Assembly (NCBI RefSeq): GCF_964204645.1
Contig: NC_134029.1
Span: forward strand, 20,516,950 to 20,580,949
DNA length: 64,000 nucleotides
Reading direction: 5' to 3'
From: Tubulanus polymorphus
Taxonomy: Eukaryota > Animalia > Nemertea
The notes beneath the pieces were generated by a model. It was not told the origin of the DNA, made no database searches, and saw only the letters and a program-made list of their open reading frames with translations. Made by a program: the position numbers and the translations under genes. Positions 39,301 to 54,074 of this stretch are shown here, piece by piece (the stretch's first letter is position 1; each line of letters begins with the position of its first letter).

Positions 39301-41879
39301 CCAGAGCCATGGACCAAATTTTGACTCTTTGGTCCCCAAACCAGGGCTATGGACCAAACTTTGACTCGTTGGTCCCCGAACCAGAGCCATGGACCAACTT
39401 TTGACTTTTTGGTCCCCAAACCAGGGCCATGAATGAAAAAATGTATTTATGTTGTCTTCACGAATCTATTTTGAGAATGAAATGATTTACGTGTAGGACT
39501 AATGAGAGTATAAAATGTAGACAATGTTGTATATCAGTGCTGCTGCTGCTGCTGCTACTGGTTTTATCAGCAACTCTGAGTTATTCTCTGAATCAACATA
39601 TCTTACTGTCACTGACTGCTGTTACACTTGATCCCAGTCGGAACTAACAAGTGTCGGTGAGAGGCCAATAAGAGGAAAATAAAAGCCATGCGAAAAAGAA
39701 AAGTATGAAGCGAACGTGTGAGCTTTTATAGCCACAAAATAAAACAGCATAAAATGCTGTTATAAAGAGTGGGGTCCGAGAGCAATTCGAAGGTTTAGTG
39801 TCCTGCACGCTTAGAGGGCGGGCAGGGGTCTATTCCTACCTCGACTCAAAAAAAAAAAAAAAACGTTCGTACAAGATAAGAATAGAAAGTAAAAATGGAA
39901 AAATGGCAAATGACTGAATAAATGGCCGGAGTTTTATATCGTTCCACTGGGTTTAAGTTTAACTTGAAAAGACAATCAAACAGATTGTTTTTGGTTATTG
40001 ATAATTGATAAATCTGAATGAATAGAATTATGTAAAACAACTCGTTGTATTATAAAACCTCTAGTAGACAGTATTGAAATGTCTATCAACTGTCATTAGT
40101 CCACAATAGTTTCATAATATGAGTGATTGGTTGAATTCGTGAAGCAGCATAAATAGCCTCTAGATGAATCAGTCATCATCGTCGTGCTTGATTTGTGTTC
40201 GGCACTCCTCACAACATTGTCAGTTTCGAGTTTGGTGAACCTTTAAACTTCCCTCCCTTGCAACATTGATGTTGAGTTCCTCAGGTTTGGTTTGAGAATT
40301 TGCAGATGAAACCTCTACAACTCGCTCCATTTGATAATCTGATTTCGATTTGTTTAGGAAATTGATGTGATCGTAAAAAATGGCAAATTGTTTTCGAGTT
40401 ATTGTAGAGTTGAGTGGTGTCAGAGGAAGAGACAGAGTTGAGTAAGCTTAATGGGGCATTGAGGGAGGAAGGGAGGTCCAGGTGGGAGGGCATTGAGGGA
40501 GGGAGGGGTGGGGTGCGGGCGGGGGGAGGGAAGGGGTCCGGGAGGGCGGGAGGGAAGGGGTCCGGGAGGGCGGGAGGGAATGGGTCCGGGAGGGCGGGAG
40601 GGAAGGGGTAGAGGGAGGGCGGGAGGGAAGGGGTCGGGGAGGGCGGGAGGGATGGGGTCTGGGAGGGTCGGGTCGGGAGGTTAGATGAGTTGAAATGTTC
40701 TGATGTTTTAATTAGACGGATGGGAATCTAATGAAGATGAGAGAACATTAAATCACTATCACAGGTGATCTGTACTCTGTATCTCTACACAATGTTACAT
40801 GTATCTGTAACTGAAATCAGTCTCTGTTTATGGTTTGAACAAAAACTAATGTTTTACACTCATTTCAGGATGAGATTCTAAGAATTCTGCGCATCTTGAT
40901 CAAAAACGCTTTAAATTTGAGGAAAATTGTGAGTCTTTGATGAAACTGCTGTTATTCTATTACAACTTATGCATGTATGCTTCTATGTACAAATTCTGTA
41001 TTTCAGGGGTCGAAATGAAGCTGAACCTGAACAAATCTGCAATTTACAGTAAACATTGCGCTCTAAGAATGAAATAAGTCGGAAGTGGTGAGTTTTATAT
41101 CGATTTATCGAACTATTTAACTGACAATTTGTAACATTGATACATTTGTTTTTAGGAGGCAAAATAAGCGGAACATTTGACAGAATCCGTGAACAGTAAA
41201 CATCGCCAATTCACTGAACATTTGTAAATGATGGACATCGATTCAGATCCTCAAAACAAATAACGGTACATATCTCTACAGATTCCAGTCTTGCTACTGT
41301 TTGGTATTGATTTATTGCAGTAATTTGTGGTGATTTATCAGTTATAAACAATTTATTATTTTTGTCCGGTTTCTATAGATTTATCTCCAAATGAAGTCAG
41401 GATGATGGTGGATTTTTGAAGGGTGAATAAGACGACAGTTTAAAGCTACTATCAAATACCTCAGAAATCTGCATCACTTAACACATAGTGATAAACTACT
41501 CAAAAACCTGGTAGGTTTTCTGTCAATTGAACACAAACAATCCGCAGTTTCTATTTATTTCACTAATGATTTTCTGACATAATTTTCTCATTTCAGAATA
41601 CGATGCACCAAACACAAATTGCAGCAGGAGAAATTAGAATATTCACCTTCAAAGAGTGAAGAAACTCTCTATTTCAGGAAATCATCAGTGCTCTGAACTT
41701 TATGACATTATCTGAAATCCTGCTATAGAAATTGTCTGCATCGTCAAAATAGCACTAAACTAATCTGATACATGGTTAGAAATGGTGAGTTTTGCTCTAA
41801 TTTGATAATAACCTAAAAATGTATTATTCTATGCGGTATTTTTATGTGTGATTCTCTAGAAAGTTCTGTAAGAAATGTG

Positions 41880-42301
<422 letters not shown>

Positions 42302-45300
42302 AATCAAATATACCGGAAAATACTGTCGACAATAAACTATTACAATAATCAAAACAAGTAAGAAAAATAGTAATTTTCAGAATAACAGACACAAACACGT
42401 GACGTCTCTTTATTTCACTTATCACTTTTCTCTTTACAGAATGAAATCCACACAGCACCACAATTTACAGCTCAAAAAGACCTTATTCAAAGTTCACCTC
42501 AAACATATCGCTAGATCCTCCTCACGCGCAGCCTGACAATTTCGCAAACAAGTGAAACGAAAGCTGTGAGTTTTAATCTAAATTTGCTTTTCTTTCATAA
42601 CTATTTAACTGACAATTTGTAACATTGATACATTTGTTTTTAGGAGGCAAAATAAACGGAACATTTGACAGAATCCGTGTACAATAAACATCGCCAATTC
42701 ACTGAACATTTGTAAATGATGGTCATCAATTCAGATCCTCAAAACAAATAACGGTACATATCTCTACAGATTCCCGTCTTGCTACTGTTTTGGTATTAAG
42801 TCATTTCCTGATAAGACAGTTTTTATTTTATGATCATCCAGTTCCACACAGAATGAACTACATCTGAGCTGAAACAGTGGTGAATTTGAAATCATTCCAC
42901 CAGAATTAAACACCATGGAATTATAATTAAGGTTAATATTCAATCACTTCTATCCTGGTCACAGTTAAGATTATCAGGCAAAAATTATGCAGCATTTGTA
43001 TTTCAGGGGTCGAAATAAAACTGAACCTGAACAAATCTGCAATTTACAGTAAATATTGCGCTCTACAGTAAGAATCAAACAAGTCAGAAGCGGTGAGTTT
43101 TATATCGATTTATTGCAGTAATTTGTGGTGATTTATCAGTTATAAACAATTTCTTATTTTTGTCCGGTTTCTATAGATTTATCTCCAAATCAAGTCAGGA
43201 TGATGGTGGATTTTTGAAGGGTGAATAAGACGACAGTTTAAAGCTACTATCAGATACCTCAGAAATCTGCATCACTTAACACATAGTGATAAACTACTCA
43301 AAAACCTGGTAGGTTTTCTGTCAATTGAACACAAACAATCCGCAGTTTCTATTTATTTCACTAATGATTTTCTGACATAATTTTCTCATTTCAGAATACG
43401 ATGCACCAAACACAAATTGCAGCAGGAGAAATTAGAATATTCACCTTCAAAGAGTGAAGAAACTCTTGTTATTGCTGAAGCTGCTGTTATTTCTTCAAAA
43501 CAAACTAAAGTAATTTTCTCAACATAATTCAACCTATAGTTTGATAATTCTGCAGTTATTTTTTAGGAAAGAAAAAAATTCTGGATTTTTCTATTCACAG
43601 GTAACACAGAGCATCAGGAATCACTGTTTTGCAATCAGACTTTCTTGGATTTCGCACAGGACATCAGGAATCACTGTTTTACAATCAGACTTGCTTGGAT
43701 TCAGCACAGGACATCAGGAATCACTGTTTTACAATCAGACTTTCTTGGATTCAGCACAGGACATCAAGAATCACTGTTTTACAATCAGACTTTAATGGAT
43801 TTAGCTCAGGACAACAAGAATCACTTGTTTACATTCTGCACAGGACATCAGGAATCACTAAATGGAAATAAGATAAGTTACATTTATTATTTATTCATCA
43901 GTTGTTGATTTGATTCAAGAAACCAGTTTTATAGTTTTATAAATCACGTTTTGAAATGGAATCACTGAAACCTGTTGTATTTATATATTTGTTCAATCCA
44001 TTCAAGTTTTCCCCACTGATATTGGTGTATATTTGGTAAGGATTAGTTCATGTTGGGTTAGTTTTGTTTCTAATCAATGTGAAACTGGTTCCTGATGTCA
44101 ATAATACAACTGTTATCAATCATGTTCCTTCGTGACAATCAGATCATGTGTATGTTAAGAGTTAGAATTTCTGTAGATTAAACTGCTGTACTTATTTCAT
44201 ACTGATTGAACAGTTACAAATACATGTAACATTGTGTACAGATACTGAGATACAGATCACTGCATTACTTCATCCTGTGATTGAACAGTGATTTAATGTT
44301 CTCTCATCTTCATTAGATTCCCATCCGTCTAATTAAAACATCAGAACATTTCAACTCATCTAACCGCGCGGTTCGGGGAGAGTGGGTAGGGTTGAGGGAG
44401 GGAAGGGGTGAGGGAGGGCGGGAGGGAAGGGGTGAGGGAGGGCGGGAGGGAAGGGGTCCGGAAGGGGGGAGGGACAGTGTGAGGGAGGGTGGGGCTGTGG
44501 AGGGATGGGAGTCTCGGTAGTTATTTTTGGTGTTTAACCACAGAATATTTCATATGTCTTTATATTGTATTCTAATAGAAACAAATAGGATTAATCAGAA
44601 TAAGACACCTTTATAGTCGATTACCAGAACCGGACTTTCATAACTCTGCGATTTTTAGGGCCATTATTCAAGTTGGCCACGAATGTAGAATCTTCATATT
44701 CAAGTCGTACAGTGAAAAGTTAACACGCATAGAATAGATTTATTGAACACAGATCTGTAGTTTCAGTTTTCACCCCTTTCACTCGTTTGAGATCGAGTTG
44801 TTTGAGAATAGTTTGAGAGTTGTTTGAGAGTAGTTTGAGAGTAGTTTGATGAAAGAGCTGCCGTTTTAATCAAACGCATATCGTAGTTACGGGTTAGGAT
44901 TATTTCTGTGTTTGAGATTTTTGAGAATCCTCGTATCAAAAGAATCTTGACGATATTTACTTTTGGGAAACCCGTGAACTCCATTTCAAGGAAATAGAGT
45001 TTCTTTTTAGATATTTGTACAAATTGTAGATTTATTTCTCTTAGTTACAGTTATTTTATTTTGCCATTTTTTCACGATCTTATCAGTTTATAAATGTTGC
45101 AGTTATCAGTGTTTCACATAGACTTTGATCAATGTGTCTTTCGAGACTAATTATCAGTGATTAATTATTTCTGAATCTTACACAAATTTTGATGAACTCA
45201 TTCACTGTATAATCATTGACTTTATACACGTGATTAAAACATGCAACGCGCAATATCATGTTATGTGTGCTGTGCTGATATAATCTATTTGGTGCCGAAT

Positions 45301-48300
45301 CAAAAACTTTGAAACAAATTGTCCGAACCAGAGCCATGGACCAAACTCTGCCTCTAAGTCTTCAGCTCAGCCCTTGATTCCCTCACTAAACTATGGACCA
45401 AATTTTGACTCTTTGGTCCCCAAACCAGGGCTATGGACCAAACTTTGACTCGTTGGTCCCCGAACCAGAGCCATGGACCAACTTTTGACTTTTTGGTCCC
45501 CAAACCAGGGCCATGAATGAAAAAATGTATTTCTGTTGTCTTCACGAATCTATTTTGAGAATGAAATTATTAACGTGTAGGACTAATGAGAGTATAAAAT
45601 GTAGACAATGTTGTATATCAGTGCTGCTGCTGCTGCTGCTGCTACTGGTTTTATCAGCAACTCTGAGTTATTCTCTGAATCAACATATCTTACTGTCACT
45701 GACTGCTGTTACACTTGATCCCAGTCGGAACTAACAAGTGTCGGTGAGAGGCCAATAAGAGGAAAATAAAAGCCATGCGAAAAGAAAAGTATGAAGCGAA
45801 CGTGTGAGCTTTTATAGCCACAAAATAAAACAGTATAAAATGCTGTTATAAATAGTGGGGTCCGAGAGCAATTCGAAGGTTTAGTGTCCTGCACGCTTAG
45901 AGGGCGGGCAGGGGTCTATTCCTACCTCGACTCAAAAAAAATTAAAAAAAAAACGTTCGTAAAAGATAAGAATAGAAAGTAAAAATGGAAAAATGGCAAA
46001 TGACTGAATAAATGGCCGGAGTTTTATATTGTTCCACTGGGTTTAAGTTTAACTTGAAAAGACAATCAAACAGATTGTTTTTGGTTATTGATAATTGATA
46101 AATCTGAATGATAGAATTATATAAAACAACTCGTTGTATTATAAAACCTCTAGTAGACAGTATTGAAATGTCTATCAACTGTCATTAGTCCACAATAGTT
46201 TCATAATATGAGTGATTGGTTGAATTCGTGAAGCAGCATAAATAGCCTCTAGATGAATCAGTCATCATCGTCGTGCTTGATTTGTGTTCGGCACTCCTCA
46301 CAACATTGTCAGTTTCGAGTTTGGTGGACCTTTAAACTTCCCTCCCTTGCAACATTATTGTTGAGTTCCTCAGGTTTGGTTTGAGAATTTGCAGATGAAA
46401 CCTCTACAACTCGCTCCATTTGATAATCTGATTTCGATTTGTTTAGGAAATTGATGTGATCGTAAAAAATGGCAAATTGTTTTCGAGTTATTGTAGAGTT
46501 GAGTGGTGTCAGAGGACGAGACAGAGTTGAGTTAGCTTTATGGGGCATTGAGGGAGGAAGGGAGGTCCAGGTGGGAGGGCATTGAGGGAGGGAGGGAAGG
46601 GGTGCGGGTGGGGGGATGGAATGGGTCCGGGCGGGGGAGGGAAGGGGTAGAGGGAGGGCGGGAGGGAAGGGGCGAGGGAGGGCGGGAGGGATGGGGTCTG
46701 GGAGGGTCGGGTCGGGAGGTTAGATGAGTTGAAATGTTCTGATGTTTTAATTAGACGGATGGGAATCTAATGAAGATGAGAGAACATTAAATCACTGTTC
46801 AATCACAGGTGATCTGTACTCTGCATCTCTACACAATGTTACGTATCTGTAACTGAAATCAGTCTCTGTTTATGGTTTGAACAAAAACTAATGTTTTACA
46901 CTCATTTCAGGATGAGATTCTAAGAATTCTGCGCATCTTGATGAAAAACGCTTTAAATTTGAGGAAAATGGTGAGTCTTTGATGAAACTGCTGTTATTCT
47001 ATTACAACTTATGCATGTATGCTTCTATATACAAATTCTGTATTTCAGGGGTCGAAATGAAGCTGAACCTGAACAAATCTGCAATTTACAGTAAACATTG
47101 CGCTCTAAGAATGAAATAAGTCAGAAATGGTGAGTTTTATATCGATTTATTGCAGTAATTTGTGGTGATTTATCAGTTATAAACAATTTATTATTTTTGT
47201 CCGGCTTCTATAGATTTATCTCCAAATGAAGTCAGGAAAATGGTGGATTTTTGAAGGGTGAATTAGACGACAGTTTAAAGCTACCATCAGATACCTCAGA
47301 AATTTGCATCACTTAACACATTGTGATAAACTACTCAAAAACCTGGTAGGTTTTCTGTCAATTGAACACAGACAATCCGCAGATTCTATTTATTTCACTA
47401 ATGATTTTCTGACATAATTTTCTCATTTCAGAATACGATGCATCAAACACAAATTGCAGCAGGAGAAATTAGAATATTGGCCTTCAAAGAGTGAAGAAAC
47501 TCTTGTTGTTGCTGAAGCTGCTGTTATTTCTTCAAAACAAACTAAAGTAATTTTCTCAACATAATTCAACCTATAGTTTGATAATTCTGCAGTTATTTTT
47601 TAGAAAAGAAAACAATCCTGGATTTTTCTATCCACAGGTAACACAGAGCATCAGGAATCACTGTTTTGCAATCAGACTTTCTTGGATTTAGCACAAGACA
47701 ACAAGAGTCACTGTTTTACAATCAGACTTTCTTGGATTCAGTACAGGACATCAGGAATCACTGTTTTACAATCAGACTTGCTTGGATTCAGCACAGGACA
47801 TCAGGAATCACTGTTTTACAATCAGACTTTCACGGATTTAGCTCAGGAAAACAAGAATCACTTGCTTACATTCTGCACAGGACATCAGGAATCACTAAAT
47901 GGAAATAAGATAAGTTACATTTATTATTTATTCATCAGTTGTTGATTTGATTCAAGGAACCAGTTTTATAGTTTTATAAATCATGTTTTGAAATGGAATC
48001 ACTGAAACCTGTTGTATTTATATATTTGTTCAATCCATTCAAGTTTTCCCCACTGATATTGGTGTATATTTGGTAAGGATTAGTTGGGTTAGTTTTGTTA
48101 AACCGGGTTTCCTACTGGGATCAACTCAAATGTTATTTCTAATCAATGTGAAACTGGTTCCTGATGTCAATAATACAACTGTTATCAATCATGTTCCTTC
48201 GTGACAATCAGATCATGTGTATGTTAAGAGTTAGAATTTCTGTAGATTAAACTGCTGTACTTATTTCATACTGATTGAACAGTTACAAATACATGTAACA

Positions 48301-51300
48301 TTGTGTACAGATACTGAGATACAGATCACTGCATTACTTCGTCCTGTGATTGAACAGTGATTTAATGTTCTCTCATCTTCATTAGATTCCCATCCGTCTA
48401 ATTAAAACATCAGAACAATTCAACTCATCTAACCGCGGGGTTCGGGGAGGGTGGGTAGGGTTGGGGGGAGGGATGGGGTGAGGGAGGGCGGGAGGGAAGA
48501 GGTGAGGGAGGGGGGAGAGAAGGGTCCGGGAGGGGGAGGGAAGGTGTCCGGGAGGGCGGGAGGGGACAGTGTGAGGGAGGGTGGGGCTGTGGTAGGGCTG
48601 GGAGGGATGGGAGTCTCGGTAGTTATTTTTTGTGTTTAACCACAGAATATTTCATATGTCTTTATATTGTATCTAATAGAAACAAATAGGATTAATCAGA
48701 ATAAGACACCTTTATAGTCGATTACCAGAACCGGACTTTCATAACTCTGCGATTTTTAGGGCCATTATTCAAGTTGGCCACGAATGAGTTATTTATTAAT
48801 TGATCAGAATCTTCATTCTTATTCAAGTCGTACAGTGAAAAGTTAACACGCATAGAATAGATTTATTGAACACAGATCTGTAGTTTCAGTTTTCACCCCT
48901 TTCACTCGTTTGAGATCGAGTTGTTTGAGAATAGTTTGAGAGTTGTTTGAGAGTAGTTTTAGAGTAGTTTGGTGAAAGAGCTGCCGTTTTAATCAAACGC
49001 ATATCGTAGTTACGGGTTAGGATTATTTCTGTGTTTGAGATTTTTGAGAATCCTCGTATCAAAAGAATCTTGACGATATTTACTTGTGGGAAACTCGTGA
49101 ACTCCATTTCAAGGAAATAGAGTTTCTTTTTAGATATTTGTACAAATTGTAGATTTATTTCTCTTAGTTACAGTTATTTTATTTTGCCATTTTTTCACGA
49201 TCTTATCAGTTTATAAATGTTGCAGTTATCAGTGTTTCACATAGACTTTGATCAATGTGTCTTTCGAGACTAATTATTAGTGATTAATTATTTCTGAATC
49301 TTACACAAATTTTGATGAACTCATTCACTGTATAATCATTGACTTTATACACGTGATTAAAACATGCAACGCGCAATATCATGTTACGTGTGCTGTGCTG
49401 ATATAATCTATTTGGTGCCGAATCAAAAACTTTGAAACAAATTGTCCGAACCAGAGCCATGGACCAAACTCTGCCTCTAGGTCTTCAGCTCAGCCCTTGA
49501 TTCTCTCACTAAACTATGGACCAAATTTTGACTCTTTGGTCCCCAAACCAGGGCCATGGACCAATCTTTGACTCTAGGTCTTCAGCTCAGCCCTTGATTC
49601 CCTCACTAAACTATGGACCAAATTTTGACTCTTTGGTCCCCAAACCAGGGCCATGGACCAAACTTTGACTCTTTGGTCCCCGAACCAGAGCCATGGACCA
49701 AACTCTGCCTCTAGGTCTTCAGCTCAGCCCTTGATTCCCTCACTAAACTTTGGACCAAACTTTGACTCTTTGGTCCTAGAACCAGAGCCATGGACCAAAC
49801 TTTGACTCTTTGGTCCTCGAACCAGAGCCATGGACCAAATTTTGACTCTTTGGTCCCCAAAGCAGGGCTATGGACCAAACTTTGACTCGTTGGTCCCCGA
49901 ACCAGAGTCATGGACCAACTTTTGACTTTTTGGTCCCCAAACCAGGGCCATGAATGAAAAAATGTATTTATGTTGTCTTCACGAATCTATTTTGAGAATG
50001 AAATGATTTACGTGTAGGACTAATGAGAGTATAAAATGTAGACAATGTTGTATATCAGTGCTGCTGCTGCTGCTACTGGTTTTTTAGCAACTCTGAGTTA
50101 TTCTCTGAATCAACATATCTCACTGTCACTGACTGCTGTTACACTTGATCCCAGTCGGATCTAACAAATAAAATAAAATAAAATAAAAAATAAAAGCCAT
50201 GCGAAAAGAAAAGTATGAAGCGAACGTGTGAGCTTTTATAGCCACAAAATAAAACAGCATAAAAGGCTGTTATAAAGAGTGGGGTCCGAGAGCAATTTGA
50301 AGGTTTAGTGTCCTGCACGCTTAGAGGGCGGGCAGGGGTCTATTCCTACCTCGACTCAAAAAAATAAAAAACGTTCGTACAAGATAAGAATAGAAAGTAA
50401 AGATGGAAAAATGGCAAATGACTGAATAAATGGCCGGAGTTTTATATTGTTCCACTGGGTTTAAGTGTAACTTGAAAAGACAATCAAACAGATTGTTTTT
50501 GGTTATTGATAATTTATAAATCTGAATGAATAGAATTATGTAAAACAACTCGTTGTATTATAAAACCTCTAGTAGACAGTATTGAAATGTCCATCAACTG
50601 TCATTAGTCCACAATAGTTTCATAATATGAGTGATTGGTTGAATTCGTGAAGCAGTATAAATAGCCTCTAGATGAATCAGTCATCATTGTCGTGCTTGAT
50701 TTGTGTTCGGCACTCCTCACAACATTGTCAGTTTCGAGTTTGGTGAACCTTTAAACTTCCCTCCCTTGCAACATTGATGTTGAGTTCCTCAGGTTTGGTT
50801 TGAGAATTTGCAGATGAAACCTCTACAACTCGCTCCATTTGATAATCTGATTTCGATTTGTTTAGGAAATTGATGTGATCGTAAAAAATGGCAAATTGTT
50901 TTCGAGTTATTGTAGAGTTGAGCAGTGTCAGAGGAAGAGACAGAGTTGAGTAAGCTTTATGGGGCATTGAAGGAGGAAGGGAGGTCCAGGTGGGAGGGCA
51001 TTGAGGGAGGGAGGGGTGGGGTGCGGGCGGGGGGAGGGAAGGGGTCCGGGAGGGCGGGAGGGAAGGGGTCCGGGAGGAAGGGAGGGAATGGGTCCGGGAG
51101 GGCGGGAGGGAAGGGGTAGAGGGAGGGCGGGAGGGAAGGGGTCCGGGAGGGCGGGAGGGATGGGGTCTGGGAGGGTCGGGTCGGGAGGTTAGATGAGTTG
51201 AAATGTTCTGATGTTTCAATTAGACGGATGGGAATCTAATGAAGATGAGAGAACATTAAATCACTGTACAATCACAGGTGATCTGTACTCTGTATCTCTA

Positions 51301-52000
51301 CACAATGTTACATGTATATGTAACTGAAATCAGTCTCTAACTATGGTTTGAACAAAAACTAATGTTTTACACTCATTTCAGGATGAGATTCTAAGAATTC
51401 TGCGCATCTTGATGAAAAACGCTTTAAATTTGAGGAAAATGGTGAGTCTTTGATGAAACTGCTCTTATTCTATTACAACTTATGCATGTATGCTTCTATA
51501 TACAAATTATGTATTTCAGGGGTCGAAATGAAGCTGAACCTGAACAAATCTTCAATTTACAGTAAACATTGCGCTCTAAGAATGAAATAAGTCAGAAGTG
51601 GTGAGTTTTATATCGATTTATTGCAGTAATTTGTGGTGATTTATCAGTTATAAACAATTTATTATTTTTGTCCGGTTTCTATAGATTTATCTCCAAATGA
51701 AGTCAGGAAAATGGTGGATTTTTGAAGGGTGAATTAGATACCTCAGAAATTTGCATCACTTAACACATAGCCAACTACCCAAAAACCTGGTAGGTTTTCT
51801 GTCAATTGAACACAAACAATCCGCAGTTTCTATTTATTTCACTAATGATTTTCTGACATAATTTTCTCATTTCAGAATACGATGCACCAAACACAAATTG
51901 CAGCAGGAGAAATTAGAATATTCACCTTCAAAGAGTGAAGAAACTCTAGTTGTTGCTGAAGCTGCTGTTATTTCTTCAAAACAAACTAAAGTAATTTTCT

Positions 52001-52139
52001 TTACATAATTCAACCTAGTTCTCGCTTGTTATAAAACTCTAAGTTCAGAGCACTGATGATTTCCTGAAAAAAATGAATATGTAAATAATTGAACCGTAGA
52101 GTTTTATAACAAGCGAGAACTATAGGTTGAATTATGTAA
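52001..52139. repeat. ~41-bp inverted repeat enclosing a micro-inversion (unit 5 only)
   Basis: TTACATAATTCAACCTAGTTCTCGCTTGTTATAAAACTCTA ... TAGAGTTTTATAACAAGCGAGAACTATAGGTTGAATTATGTAA. The loop contains the reverse complement of TTTCAGGAAATCATCAGTGCTCTGAACTT seen at 30442-30470. Confidence 0.85.
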
Positions 52140-52309
52140 GACATTATCTGAAATCCTGCTATAGAAATTGTCTGCATCGTCAAAATAGCACTAAACTAAT
52201 CTGATACATGGTTAGAAATGGTGAGTTTTGCTCTAATTTGATAATAACCTAAAAATGTATTATTCGGTATTTTTAGGTGTGATTCCCTAGAAAGTTCTGT
52301 AAGAAATGT

Positions 52310-52655
<346 letters not shown>

Positions 52656-53694
52656 CCAATCAAATCTACCGGAAAATACTGTCGACAATAAAGTATTACA
52701 ATAATCAAAACAAGTAAGAAAAATAGTAATTTTCAGAATAACAGACACAAACACGTGACGTCTCTTTATTTCACTAATCAGTTTTCTCTTTACAGAATGA
52801 AATCCACACAGCACCAGAATTTACAGCTCAAAAAGACCTTGTTCAAAGTTCACCTCAAACATATCGCTAGATCCTCCTCACGCGCAACCTGACAATTCCG
52901 CAAACAAGTGAAACGAAAGCTGTGAGTTTTAATCTAAATTTGCTCTTCGTTCATAACTATTTAACTGAAAATTTGTAACATTGATACATTTGTTTTTAGG
53001 AGGCAAAATAAGCGGAACATTTGACGGAATCTTTGAACTGTAAACATCGCCAATTCACTGAACATTTGTAAATGATGGACATCGATTCAGATCCTCAAAA
53101 CAAATAACGGTACATATCTCTACAGATTCCAGTCTTGCTACTGTTTGGTATTAAGTCATTTCCTGATAAGACAGTTTTTATTTTATGATCATCCAGTTCC
53201 ACACAGAATGAACTACATCTGAGCTGAAACAGTGGTGAATTTGAAATCATTCCACCAGAATTAAACACCATGGAATTATAATTAAGGTGAATATTCAATC
53301 ACTTCTATCCTGGTCACAGTTAAGATTATCAGGCAAAAATTATGCAGCATTTTTATTTCAGGGGTCGAAATGAAGCTGAACCCGAAAAAATCTACAAATA
53401 GTCAACAAAAATTCGACAGTTAAGGTGAATATTCAATCACTTATTCTGGTGAAAGTAGAAATTATCAAGGTTGTCATGATTTTCGTATATTTTAATTTTC
53501 AAGGTACACCTTTCTCATATACCCAAGTTTTTTTCTCTTCATTCTAGAACGAAGTGGGCACCGCCATCTGACCATCACAGAGCCTCCGACCACCATCTGA
53601 CCATCACAGGGCCTCGGATCAATACGCGCCGCCCATCTGACAGGAACCGGAACCTACTACATGTAGATCGAATTGTTGCCGCTTATTCAGAGAT

Positions 53695-54041
53695 CAGAGG
53701 CGTTTTTACGAGCATCCGATTTTTGCGATCGATTTCGTGAACGATTTGCTTCGATCGTACGATCGAATCGAACGTTCGTAAAAATGACGAAGGATTTGGC
53801 TAATCACATGACATAAATATGGCGACGTTGAGGAAAAAAATGTATGGTTTTGAACTACCCGGTGCCGCCATCTTGGAAATCAAATCGCCAAATCGCTCGC
53901 CGAGCGAGTTGGTCGATTTCAAAAATCGATCGGAAAATCGTGTTCGTAAAAACGCCGATCGTGAAATCGATCGCAAAAATCGGTGCTCGTAAATGCGTTC
54001 CTACGATCGATCGCAAAAATCGGATGCTAAAAACGCCTCTG
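53695..54041. mobile_element. MITE with ~38-bp TIRs
   Basis: CAGAGGCGTTTTTACGAGCATCCGATTTTTGCGATCGAT ... ATCGATCGCAAAAATCGGATGCTAAAAACGCCTCTG, CpG-rich, with internal subterminal repeats. Confidence 0.8.
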
Positions 54042-54074
54042 CTATGATCACGATTATCAAGGAATTGTGTTTAA

